Positions 22,062-34,500 of a stretch of DNA of 64,000 nucleotides are shown piece by piece (position 1 is the stretch's first letter; every line of letters starts with the position of its first letter). Source of the stretch: Cyanophora paradoxa CCMP329. Its lineage: Eukaryota > Plantae > Glaucophyta. The notes under the pieces are model-generated. The model was not told the DNA's origin. It saw only the letters and a program-made list of their open reading frames with translations, and made no database searches. The translations under genes were made by a program, and so were the position numbers. The stretch is taken from positions 310,001 to 374,000 of the forward strand of contig QPMI01000428.1 of the NCBI GenBank assembly GCA_004431415.1, in the 5' to 3' direction.

Positions 22062-25000
22062 TCAGGCCGAGGCTGTGGGGGTCGGAGTGGTCGGAGTGGG
22101 GGGTACCGACGCCGGTGATTCGAAGGGCAGGGACCGCGGCCGCTGCTTGGCCGCTTCACAAGCGCCGTCTTCTCCCCCGGCGTCCGCTTTGGCGGCGCGG
22201 GCAACGGCGGCGACGGAGGATCGGCGGGCCCGCGGGGCCGCCGGAGGCGTCTGGAGAAAGCCTGGAGGGGCGGCTGCCGTGTGCCCAGCTTCACGCGGCG
22301 CCGGCGACGGCTCTTCTGCCGCCTCGTGAACCGACGGGAGGGCGGCCGGCGCAGCGGCTGGGCCCTGAGCTGCTGCCGCGCCCGGCCGCGGGCTGCGCTC
22401 GCCGCTCGCCGCCGGGGGCGGGGCCAGCTGCCCGGGCCCGTTCTCCGCTGCGGGGGCGGGGGCGGGGGCGCCCCACTGGCGGAGGACGGGGAGGAGGACG
22501 GCGCGCGAGACGGGCTTCCCGATGTGCCCGTCCATCCCGCCCCCAGCGCCGCCGCCCGGTCCGCCTCCGCCGTGAACGCCGTGCACGCTGCCCCCGCCCC
22601 CCGCCGTCAGCGGCGCGGAGCGCGAGGCGCGGGGCGGGGCGGGCGGACCGACGACGGGGGTGCGGGCGGCGGGGCCGAGGCCGAGGGCGCGCTCGAGCTC
22701 GCGGATGCGGCGCGTGGCCTCCATCCCGTCCACCCGCGGCATCGCGATGTCCATGAAGACCAGGTCGAAGGCCGCCCGCCCGCCCCCGCCCGCCGCCGCC
22801 GCCCGCGCGCGCGCCTCGAAGGCGGCGACGGCCTCCTCGCCGTCCCGCGCGGTGGCCGTCGCGTGGCCCTCCTTCGCGAGGAACGCGCAGAGGACCTTCC
22901 GGTTCATCTGCCGCCGCCCCGCGCTCGGCCCCGCGCGGCGCGGCGCGGCGCGGTAGGCGGCGGGCGGCGGGCGGGGCGCACGTCGTTGTCGTCGACGACG
23001 AGGATCTGCAGCGGCGCCGCGGCCGGCGCCGCGGCGGCGGCGGGGGCGGAGGCTGCGGCGCCGGCAGACGCGGCGGACGCTTGCGCGCGGCCGGCGGAGC
23101 CGAGGGCGCGCAGCGATCTCGTCTTCCGCGCGCCGGCGGCGGCCTCGCCCGAATCGGCGGTCGAGCACTCCGCGCCCTCGGAGGTCGCCGAGGCGACGGA
23201 CGAGGCGATGGAGGCCCGGCGCGAGGGGCCGCCCGCCGCCGGCGCCCGCAGGAGTCCGGCGGGGTACGCCCACGCGGCGCCCTCCTCTTCCGGCCCCGCG
23301 GGCGCGCCGCCGGGACCGCCGGTGCCGGAGGGGGAGACCGGGGCCCGCTGCGGCGACAATTCGCCCGCTCGCGCCGCGTTCAGCGACGGGGCCGCCGGCG
23401 CCGGCGCCGGCCGCGGCCCGCCGTCCTCCGCCGCAGGCGGCCGCGGGCTGCGCTCGCCGCTCGCCGCCGGGGGCGGGGCCAGCTGCCCGGGCCCGTTCTC
23501 CGCTGCGGGGGCGGGGGCGGGGCGCCCCACTGGCGGAGGACGGGGAGGAGGGCGGCGCGCGTGACGGGCTTCCCGATGTGCCCGTCCATCCCCGCCGCCA
23601 GCGCCGCCGCCCGGTCCGCCTCCGCCGTGAACGCCGTGCACGCTGCCCCCCGCCCCCGCCGTCAGCGGCGCGGAGCGCGAGGCGCGGGGCGGGCGGACCG
23701 ACGACGGGGGTGCGGGCGGCGGGCCGAGGCCGAGGGCGCGCTCGAGCTCGCGGATGCGGCGCGTGGCCTCCATCCCGTCCATCCGCGGCATCGCGATGTC
23801 CATGAAGACCAGGTCGAAGGCCGGCCGCCCGCCCCCGCCCGCCGCCGCCGCCCGCGCGCGCGCCTCGAAGGCGGCGACGGCCTCCTCGCCGTCCCGCGCG
23901 GTGGCCGTCGCGTGGCCCTCCTTCGCGAGGAACGCGCAGAGGACCTTCCGGTTCATCTGCCGCCGCCCCGCGCTCGGCCCCGCGCGGCGCGGCGCGGCGC
24001 GGTAGGCGGCGGGCGGCGGGCAGGGCGCACGTCGTTGTCGTCGACGACGAGGATCTGCAGCGGCGCCGCGGCCGGCGCCGCCGCCGACGCGGCCGAGCCG
24101 AAGGATCCGTGGCGCGACCGCGCGGGCGCCGAGGAAGGATCGAGGGAATCCTCGGAGCGAATCGAGGCGCGCGAGGTCCGGCGCGACCCCCAGGCAGTCA
24201 CAGCCGCGGCGGAGGCCGATTCCTCGGAGGCCGAGGGCCGGCGCGACCTCGAGGCAGCCGGGGGCCCGTCCGCGGCCGCAGCCCCGACCGCGGAAGGGAC
24301 GGTACAATCTTCCGGGGCGGCGGCAGCGGCGGGTGTGGTGGCAGGGGCGGGCGGCGGGGCCTCCGAGGGCCGGAGGCTGCCGCCTCCATCGGGCGGGCCG
24401 GGTGCGGGAAGGCACGCGAGATCCTGCGGGGCCCCGCTCAAGCTCTCAGGGGCGCCGGTGGCCTCCAGGGCGCCTCCAGCGGCCCCCGCGCCCTCCGCCT
24501 CCGGGTCCCCTGCGACGGCGACCGCGTCACCCCAGCGGAACGAACGCGAAACGAACCCGCGCGGGGTCGAACACGCACCGCCCGATTGGGGCGCTCGGCC
24601 CGGCTCCGAATTCGGGGGCTCCCCGTCGCCGGAAGACAGACGTTCTCGCGTGGACCGCGGGCTACCGCTGGAATCCGAAGGGGAGGGAAGAAGAAGGACG
24701 GCGGGCGGGGGGGGGGACCCCGAGTCGGGCGGGGGAGGAGCAGCGGGCGTAAACCCGACCCCGTGGGGGGAGGAGACGAAGCGCGCGCCGGAGCAGGAGC
24801 CGGAGCCGGAGCCGGCGGAGTGGCCACCGGGCGAGCGCCTGCCTGAGAAGCTGCGGCGCAGCCCGAGGGAGATACCGGCGAGGGCGGCCGACGAGCGGGT
24901 GACCGGCGAGCGCAGCGGCGGCGCCGCCCCACCCGAGGGGCCGGCGAGGCCGCCGCCGGAGCTCGCAGAGGGGACGGGCGGCGCCACGCCGCTGGAGCCG

Positions 25001-28000
25001 CTGGCGCGGCGCGCCTCTCCGAGGCTGCCGCGGCGGCTCTCGGGGGGTACGAGAACGAGGTGGGACGAGCCCCCACTGCTGCGCCGGGACCGCGGCGGAT
25101 TCCGCTGTGGTGGCGGATCTGAGGATCTCCGCGGCGCTGCGGAGCCGATCGTAAGGGGCTTGAGAGGGGCGGCCGAGGGTCGCGGGGCGCGCGCACGGAT
25201 GTGGAAGGGTACCGAGAAGAAGAAGCGGGAGCCCTCCCCCGGGGCGGAGCGGCAGCCGATGGTACCCCCCGAGCGCTCCACGATCTGCTTCGTGATCGCG
25301 AGGCCGAGGCCGGTACCCCCCGGGTCGGGGCGGCCGCCGAGCTCGAGCGGGGCGCGGTAGAAGCGCGTGAAGAGCTGCCGCTGCGCCTCCTCGTCGATCC
25401 CGACGCCTGCGCCCCCGCCCCGCTCGGCCGTGGCGGGGGTACGCGCTCGCCAAGGCGGGTACCCCGCGCACCCTCGTCCGAGACCTCGAAGTACAGCGTC
25501 GTCGTACCCGGGGCATCGCCCCCCGGCGGCGGCTCGGCGCGGACGGTGACCTGCGGGGGGTACGTGAGAAAGGGGAGGGGGCCGGGGAGGGGTACGGGCG
25601 CGCCTTGACGGTCCCCTGGAAGCTGTACTTGCTGCGGGGTACGAAGATCAAACCGGGCGGGTGAGGGGGGGAGGAAGCGGGAAACTGGGGGTACCACGCG
25701 TTGTTGACGAGGTTGATGAGCGCCTCTGCCGAATCGCGGGGCACCGTCGGCGGGGGGAAGGCGGGAGGGGGGCGGGGGGAGGCCCCGCGGGGGGGTACGG
25801 GGGCGCACGGCGGAGCCTGTCGGGGTCGCCCTCGAGCGCGGCGGGGATCGCCGCGTCGATCTCGACCTCCATCAAGAGGCCCTTCTCTTGTGCCTGCACG
25901 GGCCAGCGGGTGCGGGGCGTCAGAGGGCGGCCTGGGCCGGGGCGGGGGGCGGGCACCTTGAGCTGGGTGATGCGGGCGGCGCCCTCGACGACGTCGTCCA
26001 CGCAGAAGGGCACCCGCCGCAGCTCCAGCTGCCCCGCCTCGATCCGCTGCGCCGAAAGACGAGGGGCCCGGGCCGGTCAGGAGGGGTGGGAGCGAGGGGG
26101 GCACGCGCGGGGACCTGGAAGTCGAGGATGTCGTTGACGAGGAAGAGGAGGTGCTCGGAGCAGCTGAGAGCGCTCTGCGGGCGGGCGGGCCGAGGCGAGC
26201 AAGCGCGTCTCAGAGGCGGGAAGGCGCCGGGCCGGGCCAGGCCAAGCCAGGCCGCATAGTTCTCCTGCAGCGCGCCGCGCCAGCCAGCACGGACCTGCAG
26301 GTTCTCCTGCGCCTCGGGCGGGATCTCGAGGTCCAGCGTCAGGTCGATCATCCCTGCCGCGGGGGCCGTCAGGAGGGGGGTTCGCGCCCCCGCAGCTGGC
26401 CCGACCCGCGCACCCATGATCCCGTTCTGATTGCAGCGAGAGGGCGGGCGGGCGGGGAGCGTCAGCGGCGGCGGTGAGAGGCGAGGGGCGGGAGCGAGGG
26501 CCGCGGCGCACGAGCGGCGTCCTGCGGAGGGGCGCCGCGGAGAGAGAAGAGACAGGCGAGTCAGCGGAGCGAGCGAACGGAGGGGCAGAGGAGATGGAAG
26601 AAGAAGAGGGGGCGGACCGCATCTCGTGGGAGACGGTCTGGAGGAACTTGTGGGAGCTCTCGGCGCGTATCCGCAGCTCCATGCGCGCCGCCGCCTCGCG
26701 CGAGACGACGTCGCTGAAGGAGAGGAAGCCCCGCCGGATGTCCCGCACCACCGGCTGCCCCCGGGGCGCCCGTCAGCCCCGGGCGGCCCTCGCGTAGCCC
26801 GGGCGGCTCGCCTGGAAGCGGGAGAGCTCGGCGAGGGCGTAGCGGGCCGAGCCCGAGCGCGTCGTCGAGGCCGGGCTCCCGTAGTCCGGCTCCGGCAGCT
26901 CCTCCTCCTCCTCCTCTTCCTCCTCCTCCTTCCGTGGGGCCTTCGAGGCCGGCCGGGGCAGGCTCTCCCGAAGGCGCCGCCCGAGGCCGCGCCAGTCCGA
27001 CCAGCTGCCCCGCCGCGAGGGCGCCGGCGTCGCCTTGCTCCCGGCCCCGCCGCCCCCGCCCAGGAGTATGGAGACCTGGGACGAGGCGGCGGCTCCGCCG
27101 GCCCGACCAGCCGAGTCTGCCGGCCCGGGCCCACCCCGGCGCCCGCTGCCCGACCCCGCGGGGCCGGCGTTGCTCGCACGGATGTGGCCCGTCATCTCGG
27201 CGGTCAGGACCTGTGTGCAAGAACGTCGGGCGCGCAGGGGGTACGGGGACCGGCGAGCCCGCTCGGGCGAGCATGCGTACCCCCAGCTCGTCCACGAAGG
27301 TCCTCATCTGCCTGTACACCTGCGGGAGGCGTACCCCGGATCGATTCATCAGAGGCCGCGGTCGGGGTACAGGATTCGACAAGAAAGAGCGCGTACCCGG
27401 TCGAGGGGCTTGGTGATCAGGACGGCGACGTACACGGCCCCGACGACGGCGAGGAGGAGCCAGACCTGCGGGCCCGCGGCGGCTCGTCGGGGGCTCGCGC
27501 TGGGGCGCCGGGCCGGGGCGCCGCGCACCGCGTTGCAGACGGATACGATGACGATGGACGTGCGCAGCTGCTGCAGGATCGCATCCTGCGGAGGGTACGC
27601 GTCTCGCGGGGCGACGGGCGGGACGATAGGCTGCGGGGGTAGGGGAACAGGAGCTCGCGCGCCTTGGGGACGGCCGTGTAGAGCCGCCAGCAGAGGTTCG
27701 GCTCCTGCGGGCGGGCGCGGACCTCAGAGCCGGCGCGTGGCGCGGGGCGGGGCCCCTGCTCTCTGCTCTCTGCTTCCGAGGCGGCGGCGGGGCGGGGCGG
27801 GGCGGGGCGCACGAAGTCGACGTGCTCGTGGACGGCGAGGTACGCGCGGCCCCCGATGCCCATCTCCTGCACCGTCCCGCCCGGGGCGCTGACCTCAAGC
27901 TGCGCCGAGCGTGAGGCGAAGTGATCCGGGCGGGCGAGCCGAGCCGGCCTTGCGTGAGGCGCGGTGATCTGAGCGCTTCAGACGCCACGGCGCGGAGCCG

Positions 28001-30276
28001 CGCACCGGGTAGGCACTAATGATAGCCTTGACCATGCCGTCGCCGCTCTCCGACGCCCTCAGCAGCCTCCCCGCCCTGCCGGCGCCCGCTGAGCCCGAGG
28101 AGGAGCGGCGGGGCGTGCGCGCGGGCGCGCAGGGCGCGGGTTCACCTGTCGACGACCAGCGACGGGTCCCCGCTCGTGGCGACCATGTGACCGGTCCCTG
28201 CGCACACGGGCCGCTCGGCGGGGGCGGCCCGCAGCACGGCAGGCCGCGCGGCGCACCTTCCTCGACGAGCATCGAGAAGCCTCCCGCCAGCTGCGCGGGG
28301 CGCCGCGTCAGCGCGGCCGCTGTGGAGCAGCGAGCGGCCTCGCGGCGCCAGCGGCGGGGGCGCGCCTTGAAGTTGACCTCGGCGGACTCGCCCTCCCGCG
28401 CGTCCCACGCCGTCGCGAGCAGGTCCGAGAGCTTCGCGAGCGACAGGGTGATCTGCGCCCGCTTGGGTCGGCAACCGGACAGGAAGGCAAGGGCGAGAAA
28501 GCGAAAGACAGCGGACAGAGATGGTGCCGATGTAGGGGGCGTCCAGGCCCTTGGCGTTGTCCGCCATGGGCGAGATCCCGCGCGTCTCCGGCACGTTCGG
28601 CACGCCCGCCGGCACGTAACTGGGCGGACAGCGCTCACGAGAGACGGGCAGGTCGGCGGGACGGAGCTGGGCGGCGCGCACGTCGCGAAGTCGCTGGGCG
28701 CGGGGAGGCTCTTGAAGGCCCGCGAGTACCTGCGAGGGCGCGCGCGGGGTCGGATCGGCCCGCCCGCCGCGCCCCTCGCGCGGGCGGGTGGAGCTCGAGA
28801 CGGGGCGCGCGCGCGCACGTCACGGAGAGGCGGTGGATGGGATCGCTCTGCGCGCGCGAGCAGACGCGTCAGCTCTGCGAGAGCGTCCGCGCCGGCGCCG
28901 GCCGCGTCGGGCGCGGACCTCGGGTGCGTCGTCCATGAACACGTTGCACCACTGCGTCTTCTCGGCGCTCGCGAGGGCCGCCGCGACGCTGCGCCGTCGG
29001 TGAGCCGCGCCGTCGCCGTCGCTGGCGGCGGCGTCGGTGGCCGGTGTGCGGCCTGGCGGGCGCACCACCCCTCCTTGTCGGGGTGCTTCGCATAGCCCGC
29101 GCGCGTCGCCTGATCGCGCGGGGCGGGCGGTCGGTGAGCTGAAGGCGGGAAGGGAGCGGGGCAGGGCGAGGGGCACGTGGAAGGTCGTTGGCTGGCCGCG
29201 AAGCGACGCGGCCCACGTAGTCGTGTGGGTGCCTGCGGGCGCGCGGGCGGGCCCGGCCGGCGTCGGGGGGCGCGGGACGGGAAGAGGGGCGCGCCGCACC
29301 GTTGAAAGCGTAGACCCAAGGGCCTATGCAGGCGGGCGAGCCAGGGGGGGTGACGGGGCAGGCCTGCAGGGCCGAAGGGATCGAATTCGAAGAGGCGAAC
29401 AGGGCGGGCGGCCGGGGCGGGGGCACTCGGACCCGGGAGCCGTACACCGTGTCGCTCGAGTTGCGCCCAAGGTACGAGATGAAGAGGCCAGTCATACCGT
29501 CCACCGCCGCCACGCTCCGGTGGCAGAACTCGAAGAGCTCGCGCCAGTGTTCCGGCCGCAGCGCCGCCTGCCGAGCGCGAGCGTCCGTCAGTGGCGCCGA
29601 TGTCGGACGCTGTCCCACGCTAGTGAACGTTAACACGCTGGCTATCGGTTTCGGTGCCGCGGAACCCTTTCTCATGCTCAGTGCTAACGAACCGTCTCGA
29701 GGCGGTTGCGCCCGCCCTTGGCCGCGAACATGGGGTTGCCAAAGTAGCCGTGTACTGCGGCGCGGCGAACGCGTTCGGCGCGCGGCCCCCCCGCGCGGGC
29801 GGCAGGCCGGGAGCAGCGCACTGGAATTGAGCGCTTCGATAGAGACTCTGCGCATGCGCGGATCGAATCAGCACGGAGCGATAGCGCCGGGCCGGGGCGC
29901 GACTTGTGCATGAAGAGGTGAGCGACGTCCTCGACGCTGCGGGCGCGGGCGACGATATCAAACACGGGACGACGACGCGTCGAGACGCGCGTACGCACTT
30001 GCGCAGCCCAAGCATGAACGTGACCACCCAGCTGAACGCCGCGGCCCCGACGACGCACAGAACGCATGTTATGATCACTATCCCGCGGATGCTCAGCCGT
30101 TGCTTGCCGGGCGGCTTCGAATTCTTCCCCGCCTTAGGCACCACGCTGCTGCCGTGCACTCCGGGCGCTCCTACATCTGCGTATACCGGCTGCTTGTCCC
30201 CGCCGGCGTTGAGGACGCGGCTGTCTCTGGATGTTCCCAGACATTCAGCTGCGGAATACGTGGGCGTCCTCTCCAT
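22062..30276 (-). CDS. Membrane-bound hybrid sensor histidine kinase, paralogue A (TM-Cache-like sensor-TM-HisKA-HATPase_c-linker-REC-REC)
   Basis: Spliced: GIVIITCVLCVVGAAAFSWVVTF (TM1); VWLLLAVVGAVYVAVLITKPL (TM2); FLQTVSHEMRTPLNGIMG (H box); QALINLVNNACKY (N box); VSDEGVGI (G1); GGTGLGLAITKQIVE (G2); two copies of ILVVDDN..FDLVFMDIAMP..CTA..GKP. A few homopolymer frameshifts. Confidence 0.93.
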
Positions 30277-30574
30277 GATGACTGATCGAAGCCGCAGCGG
30301 TGCCGCGTGGCGGAGGGGCGTACTACGTCCTGCTTTCTCCGCGTCGTCTAGTTATAGATCTAGAGAGCGAAAGCTTCATCGCCTGCTTGGCTGAGGCGTC
30401 GACAGAAGGACCGAAGGTGCGGCCCTTGGTCGTCCGGCTGGGGGCACTGCGGCACGCGTGTGCTGCAGTTGGGTGGCTCTACTTCAAAGTACTCGCCGAG
30501 ACCGGCTGCAGCCTCCAGCTGGAGTTGCTAGACTCGCTACCAGAGTCGCTGGTGCGAAGCTTCGAAGAGACAGC

Positions 30575-31006
30575 TAGGGACTACCCCTCGCCACCTTGAC
30601 AAGGTGGCCTTGAGCGCCTCACCACCTTGGCAAGGTTGCCTTAAGGTCCCGCCATAGAAATTATGCGCCATACAAATCGTGCAGCAAGCTTACAATTGAC
30701 TCGATCCAACATTAAATCTTGCATCTAATAGTCGATCGCTTCTTCAGGTTTAGTATTCCTTGTCGCGATTGGCTTGAATTAAGCGGTTTTCTACCAATAC
30801 AGCGCCAGACGGGGGGGTCAGACCGACTCAGACGTCGACGTGGTCCGCGCCAGACGGGGGGGTCAGAGCTGGCTGCTCCCACACAAAAATTTTGTATGGG
30901 CGGACCTTGCACTCACCTTGAACACCTTGCGACCTTGGCAAGGTCACCTTAAACGGCCAAAAAAGCACCTTAAACGCAAGGTGGTTCCTTGCAAGGATAG
31001 TCCCTA
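30575..31006. mobile_element. hAT-type MITE with an 8 bp TSD
   Basis: GAGACAGC|TAGGGACTA ... TAGTCCCTA|GAGACAGC (TSD 30567-30574 and 31007-31014); many subterminal ACCTT/AAGGT motifs. Confidence 0.9.
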
Positions 31007-31520
31007 GAGACAGCAGCGATGGGGGTACCGGTACGCTCAATAGCGGGCGGTTTGATCGAACGCTTCGGCCTGCCGACCTGCCCAACGCCGGCTGTGGCGC
31101 GCACATACGTAGAGCAATCCACCCGTAGAACACCTGCCCCCGGCCAGCCGAGCGACCAGACGCACGTACGGGCGGTCGCCGCCGGTCGGGCTATCGAGAC
31201 GTCAGCCGCCGCCGACCCACCAGTGTAGCCAACTTCAGAGGCCCAGTCACCACCGCTGCAGCGAAGAAGCGTGGATCGCGGCCCGGCTTCGCCAGTTTTC
31301 CGCCTTGGTCCAGCCTCCTCGGCGGCACCCTCCCCGATGGGGCAGGCGATGAAGCTCTCGTTCTCGATAACCATACGATTCGGTGAATGCAGGACGTAGT
31401 GACGCTCCTTCGGTATGCACGCGGGCTCCGGACCGGATCCGGCTCGATCTCCCTAGGCATCCGATCGATATCCGCGGCCGGTCCAGTTGCACGGGCCCGG
31501 TGACACTCCGCGGCGGCCAC

Positions 31521-34500
31521 ATGGAAAGGACGCCCACGTATTCCGCAGCTGAATGTCTGGGAACATCCAGAGACAGCCGCGTCCTCAACGCCGGCGGGGA
31601 CAAGCAGCCGGTATACGCAGATGTAGGAGCGCCCGGAGTGCACGGCAGCAGCGTGGTGCCTAAGGCGGGGAAGAATTCGAAGCCGCCCGGCAAGCAACGG
31701 CTGAGCATCCGCGGGATAGTGATCATAACATGCGTTCTGTGCGTCGTCGGGGCCGCGGCGTTCAGCTGGGTGGTCACGTTCATGCTTGGGCTGCGCAAGT
31801 GCGTACGCGCGTCTCGACGCGTCGTCGTCCCGTGTTTGATATCGTCGCCCGCGCCCGCAGCGTCGAGGACGTCGCTCACCTCTTCATGCACAAGTCGCGC
31901 CCCGGCCCGGCGCTATCGCTCCGTGCTGATTCGATCCGCGCATGCGCAGAGTCTCTATCGAAGCGCTCAATTCCAGTGCGCTGCTCCCGGCCTGCCGCCC
32001 GCGCGGGGGGGCCGCGCGCCGAACGCGTTCGCCGCGCCGCAGTACACGGCTACTTTGGCAACCCCATGTTCGCGGCAAAGGGCGGGCGCAACCGCCTCGA
32101 GACGGTTCGTGGGAGCGAAGTGCGAATTAGAGCGCTGCCGCATCGAAATGGATGGCGGGGGGCGTCACCTGCAGCTAGAAGCGCCGCTGACGGACGCTCG
32201 CGCTCGGCAGGCGGCGCTGCGGCCGGAGAACTGGCGCGAGCTCTTCGAGTTCTGCCACCGGAGCGTGGCGGCGGTGGACGGTATGACTGGCCTCTTCATC
32301 TCGTACCTTGGGCGCAACTCGAGCGACACGGTGTACGGCTCCCGGGTTCGACCCCCGCCCCGGCCGCCCGCCCTGTTCGCCTCTTCGAATTCGATCCCTT
32401 CGGCCCTGCAGACCTGCCCCGTCACCCCGACCGGCTCTACAGCGTGCCAGAGCCCTTGGGTCTACGCTTTCAACGGTGCGGCGCCTCCTTTGCCGTCCCG
32501 CGCCCCCCGACGCCGGCCGGGCCCGCCCGCGCGCCCGCAGGCACCCACACGACTACGTGGGCCGCCTCGGACCGCGGCCAGCCCACGATCTTCAGCGTAC
32601 CCCTCGCCCTGCCCCGCTCCCTTCCCGCCTTTGGTTCACCGACCGCCCGCCCCGCGCGATCAGGCGACGCGCGCGGGCTATGCGAAGCACCCCGACAAGG
32701 AGGGGTGGTGCGCCCGCCAGGCCGCACACCGGCCGCCGACGCCGCCGCCGTCGGCGACGGCGCGGCTCACCGACGGCGCAGCGTCGCGGCGGCCCTCGCG
32801 AGCGCCGAGAAGACGCAGTGGTGCAACGTGTTCATGGACGACGCACCCGAGGTCCGCGCCCGACGCGGCCGGCGCCGGCGCGGACGCTCTCGCAGAGCTG
32901 ACGCGTCTGCTCGCGCGCGCAGAGCGATCCCATCCACCGCCTCTCCGTGACGTGCGCGCGCGCGCCCCGTCTCGAGCTCCACCCGCCCGCGCGAGGGGCG
33001 CGGCGGGCGGGCCGATCCGACCCCGCGCGCGCCCTCGCAGGTACTCGCGGGCCTTCAAGAGCCTCCCCGCGCCCAGCGACTTCGCGACGTGCGCGCCGCC
33101 CAGCTCCGTTCCGCCGACCTGCCCGTCTCTCGTGAGCGCTGTCCGCCCAGTTACGTGCCGGCGGGCGTGCCGAACGTGCCGGAGACGCGCGGGATCTCGC
33201 CCATGGCGGACAACGCCAAGGGCCTGGACGCCCCCTACATCGGCACCATCTCTGTCCGCTGTCTTTCGCTTTCTCGCCCTTGCCTTCCTGTCCGGTTGCC
33301 GACCCAAGCGGGCGCAGATCACCCTGTCGCTCGCGAAGCTCTCGGACCTGCTCGCGACGGCGTGGGACGCGCGGGAGGGCGAGTCCGCCGAGGTCAACTT
33401 CAAGGCGCGCCCCCGCCCCCGCCCCCGCCCCCGCCGCCGCGAGGCCGCTCCGTAGCCGGCGCGCTGACGCGGCGCCCCGCGCAGCTAGCGGGAGGCTTCT
33501 CGATGCTCGTCGAGGAAGGTGCGCCGCGCGGCCTGCCGTGCTGCGGCCCGCCCCCGCCGAGCGGCCCGTGCGCGCAGGAACCGGCCACATGATCGCCACG
33601 AGCGGGGACCCGTCGCTGGTCGTCGACAGGTGAACCCGCGCCCTGCGCGCCCGCGCGCGCGCCCCGCCGCTCCTCCTCGGGCTCAGCGGGCGCCGGCAGG
33701 GCGGGGAGGCTGCTGAGGGCGTCGGAGAGCGGCGACGGCATGGTCAAGGCTATCATTAGTGCCTACCCGGTGCGCGGCCGAGCGCCGCGCGCGCGCGCCT
33801 TGCAGCGCTGCGCCGCGGGGCGGGGCGCCTTACGCCCTTCCCGCCCGCCCGCTTTTCCGCAGCTCGGGGGCGACGGCGGGGACGACGGCCTTGTGCAGGA
33901 GATGGGCATCGGGGGCCGCGCGTACCTCGCCGTCCACGAGCACGTCGACTTCGTGCGCCCCGCCCCGCCCCGCCCCGCCGCCGCCTCGGAAGCAGAGAGC
34001 AGAGAGCAGGGGCCCCGCCCCGCGCCCCGCGCCGGCTCTGAGGTCCGCGCCCGCCCGCAGGAGCCGAACCTCCGCTGGCGGCTCTACACGGCCGTCCCCA
34101 AGGCGCGCGATTCCCCGTATCCCCAAACGCCCCTACCCCCCTTTACCCTCCGCAGGACGCGATCCTGCAGCAGCTGCGCACGTCGATCATCATCGTATCC
34201 ATCTGCAACGCGGTGCGCGGCGCCCCGGCCTCGCGCCCCGGCGCCCCGGCGCGAGCCCCCGACGAGCCGCCGCGGGCCCGCAGGTCTGGCTCCTCCTCGC
34301 CGTCGTCGGGGCCGTGTACGTCGCCGTCCTGATCACCAAGCCCCTCGACCGGGTACGCGCTCTTCCCGTACCGTCGAACCATGTACCCCGACCGCGGCCT
34401 CTGATGAATCGATCCGGGGTACGCCTCCCGCAGGTGTACAGGCAGATGAGGACCTTCGTGGACGAGCTGGGGGTACGCATGCTCGCCCGAGCGGGCTCGC

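Noticed and set aside
23081-25360. 759 aa plus-strand ORF, and similar long Arg/Gly/Ala/Pro ORFs (37502-39613, 55564-57393, 52703-54175)
   Set aside because: Antisense shadows of real genes; stops are rare at this GC content and there are no domain motifs.
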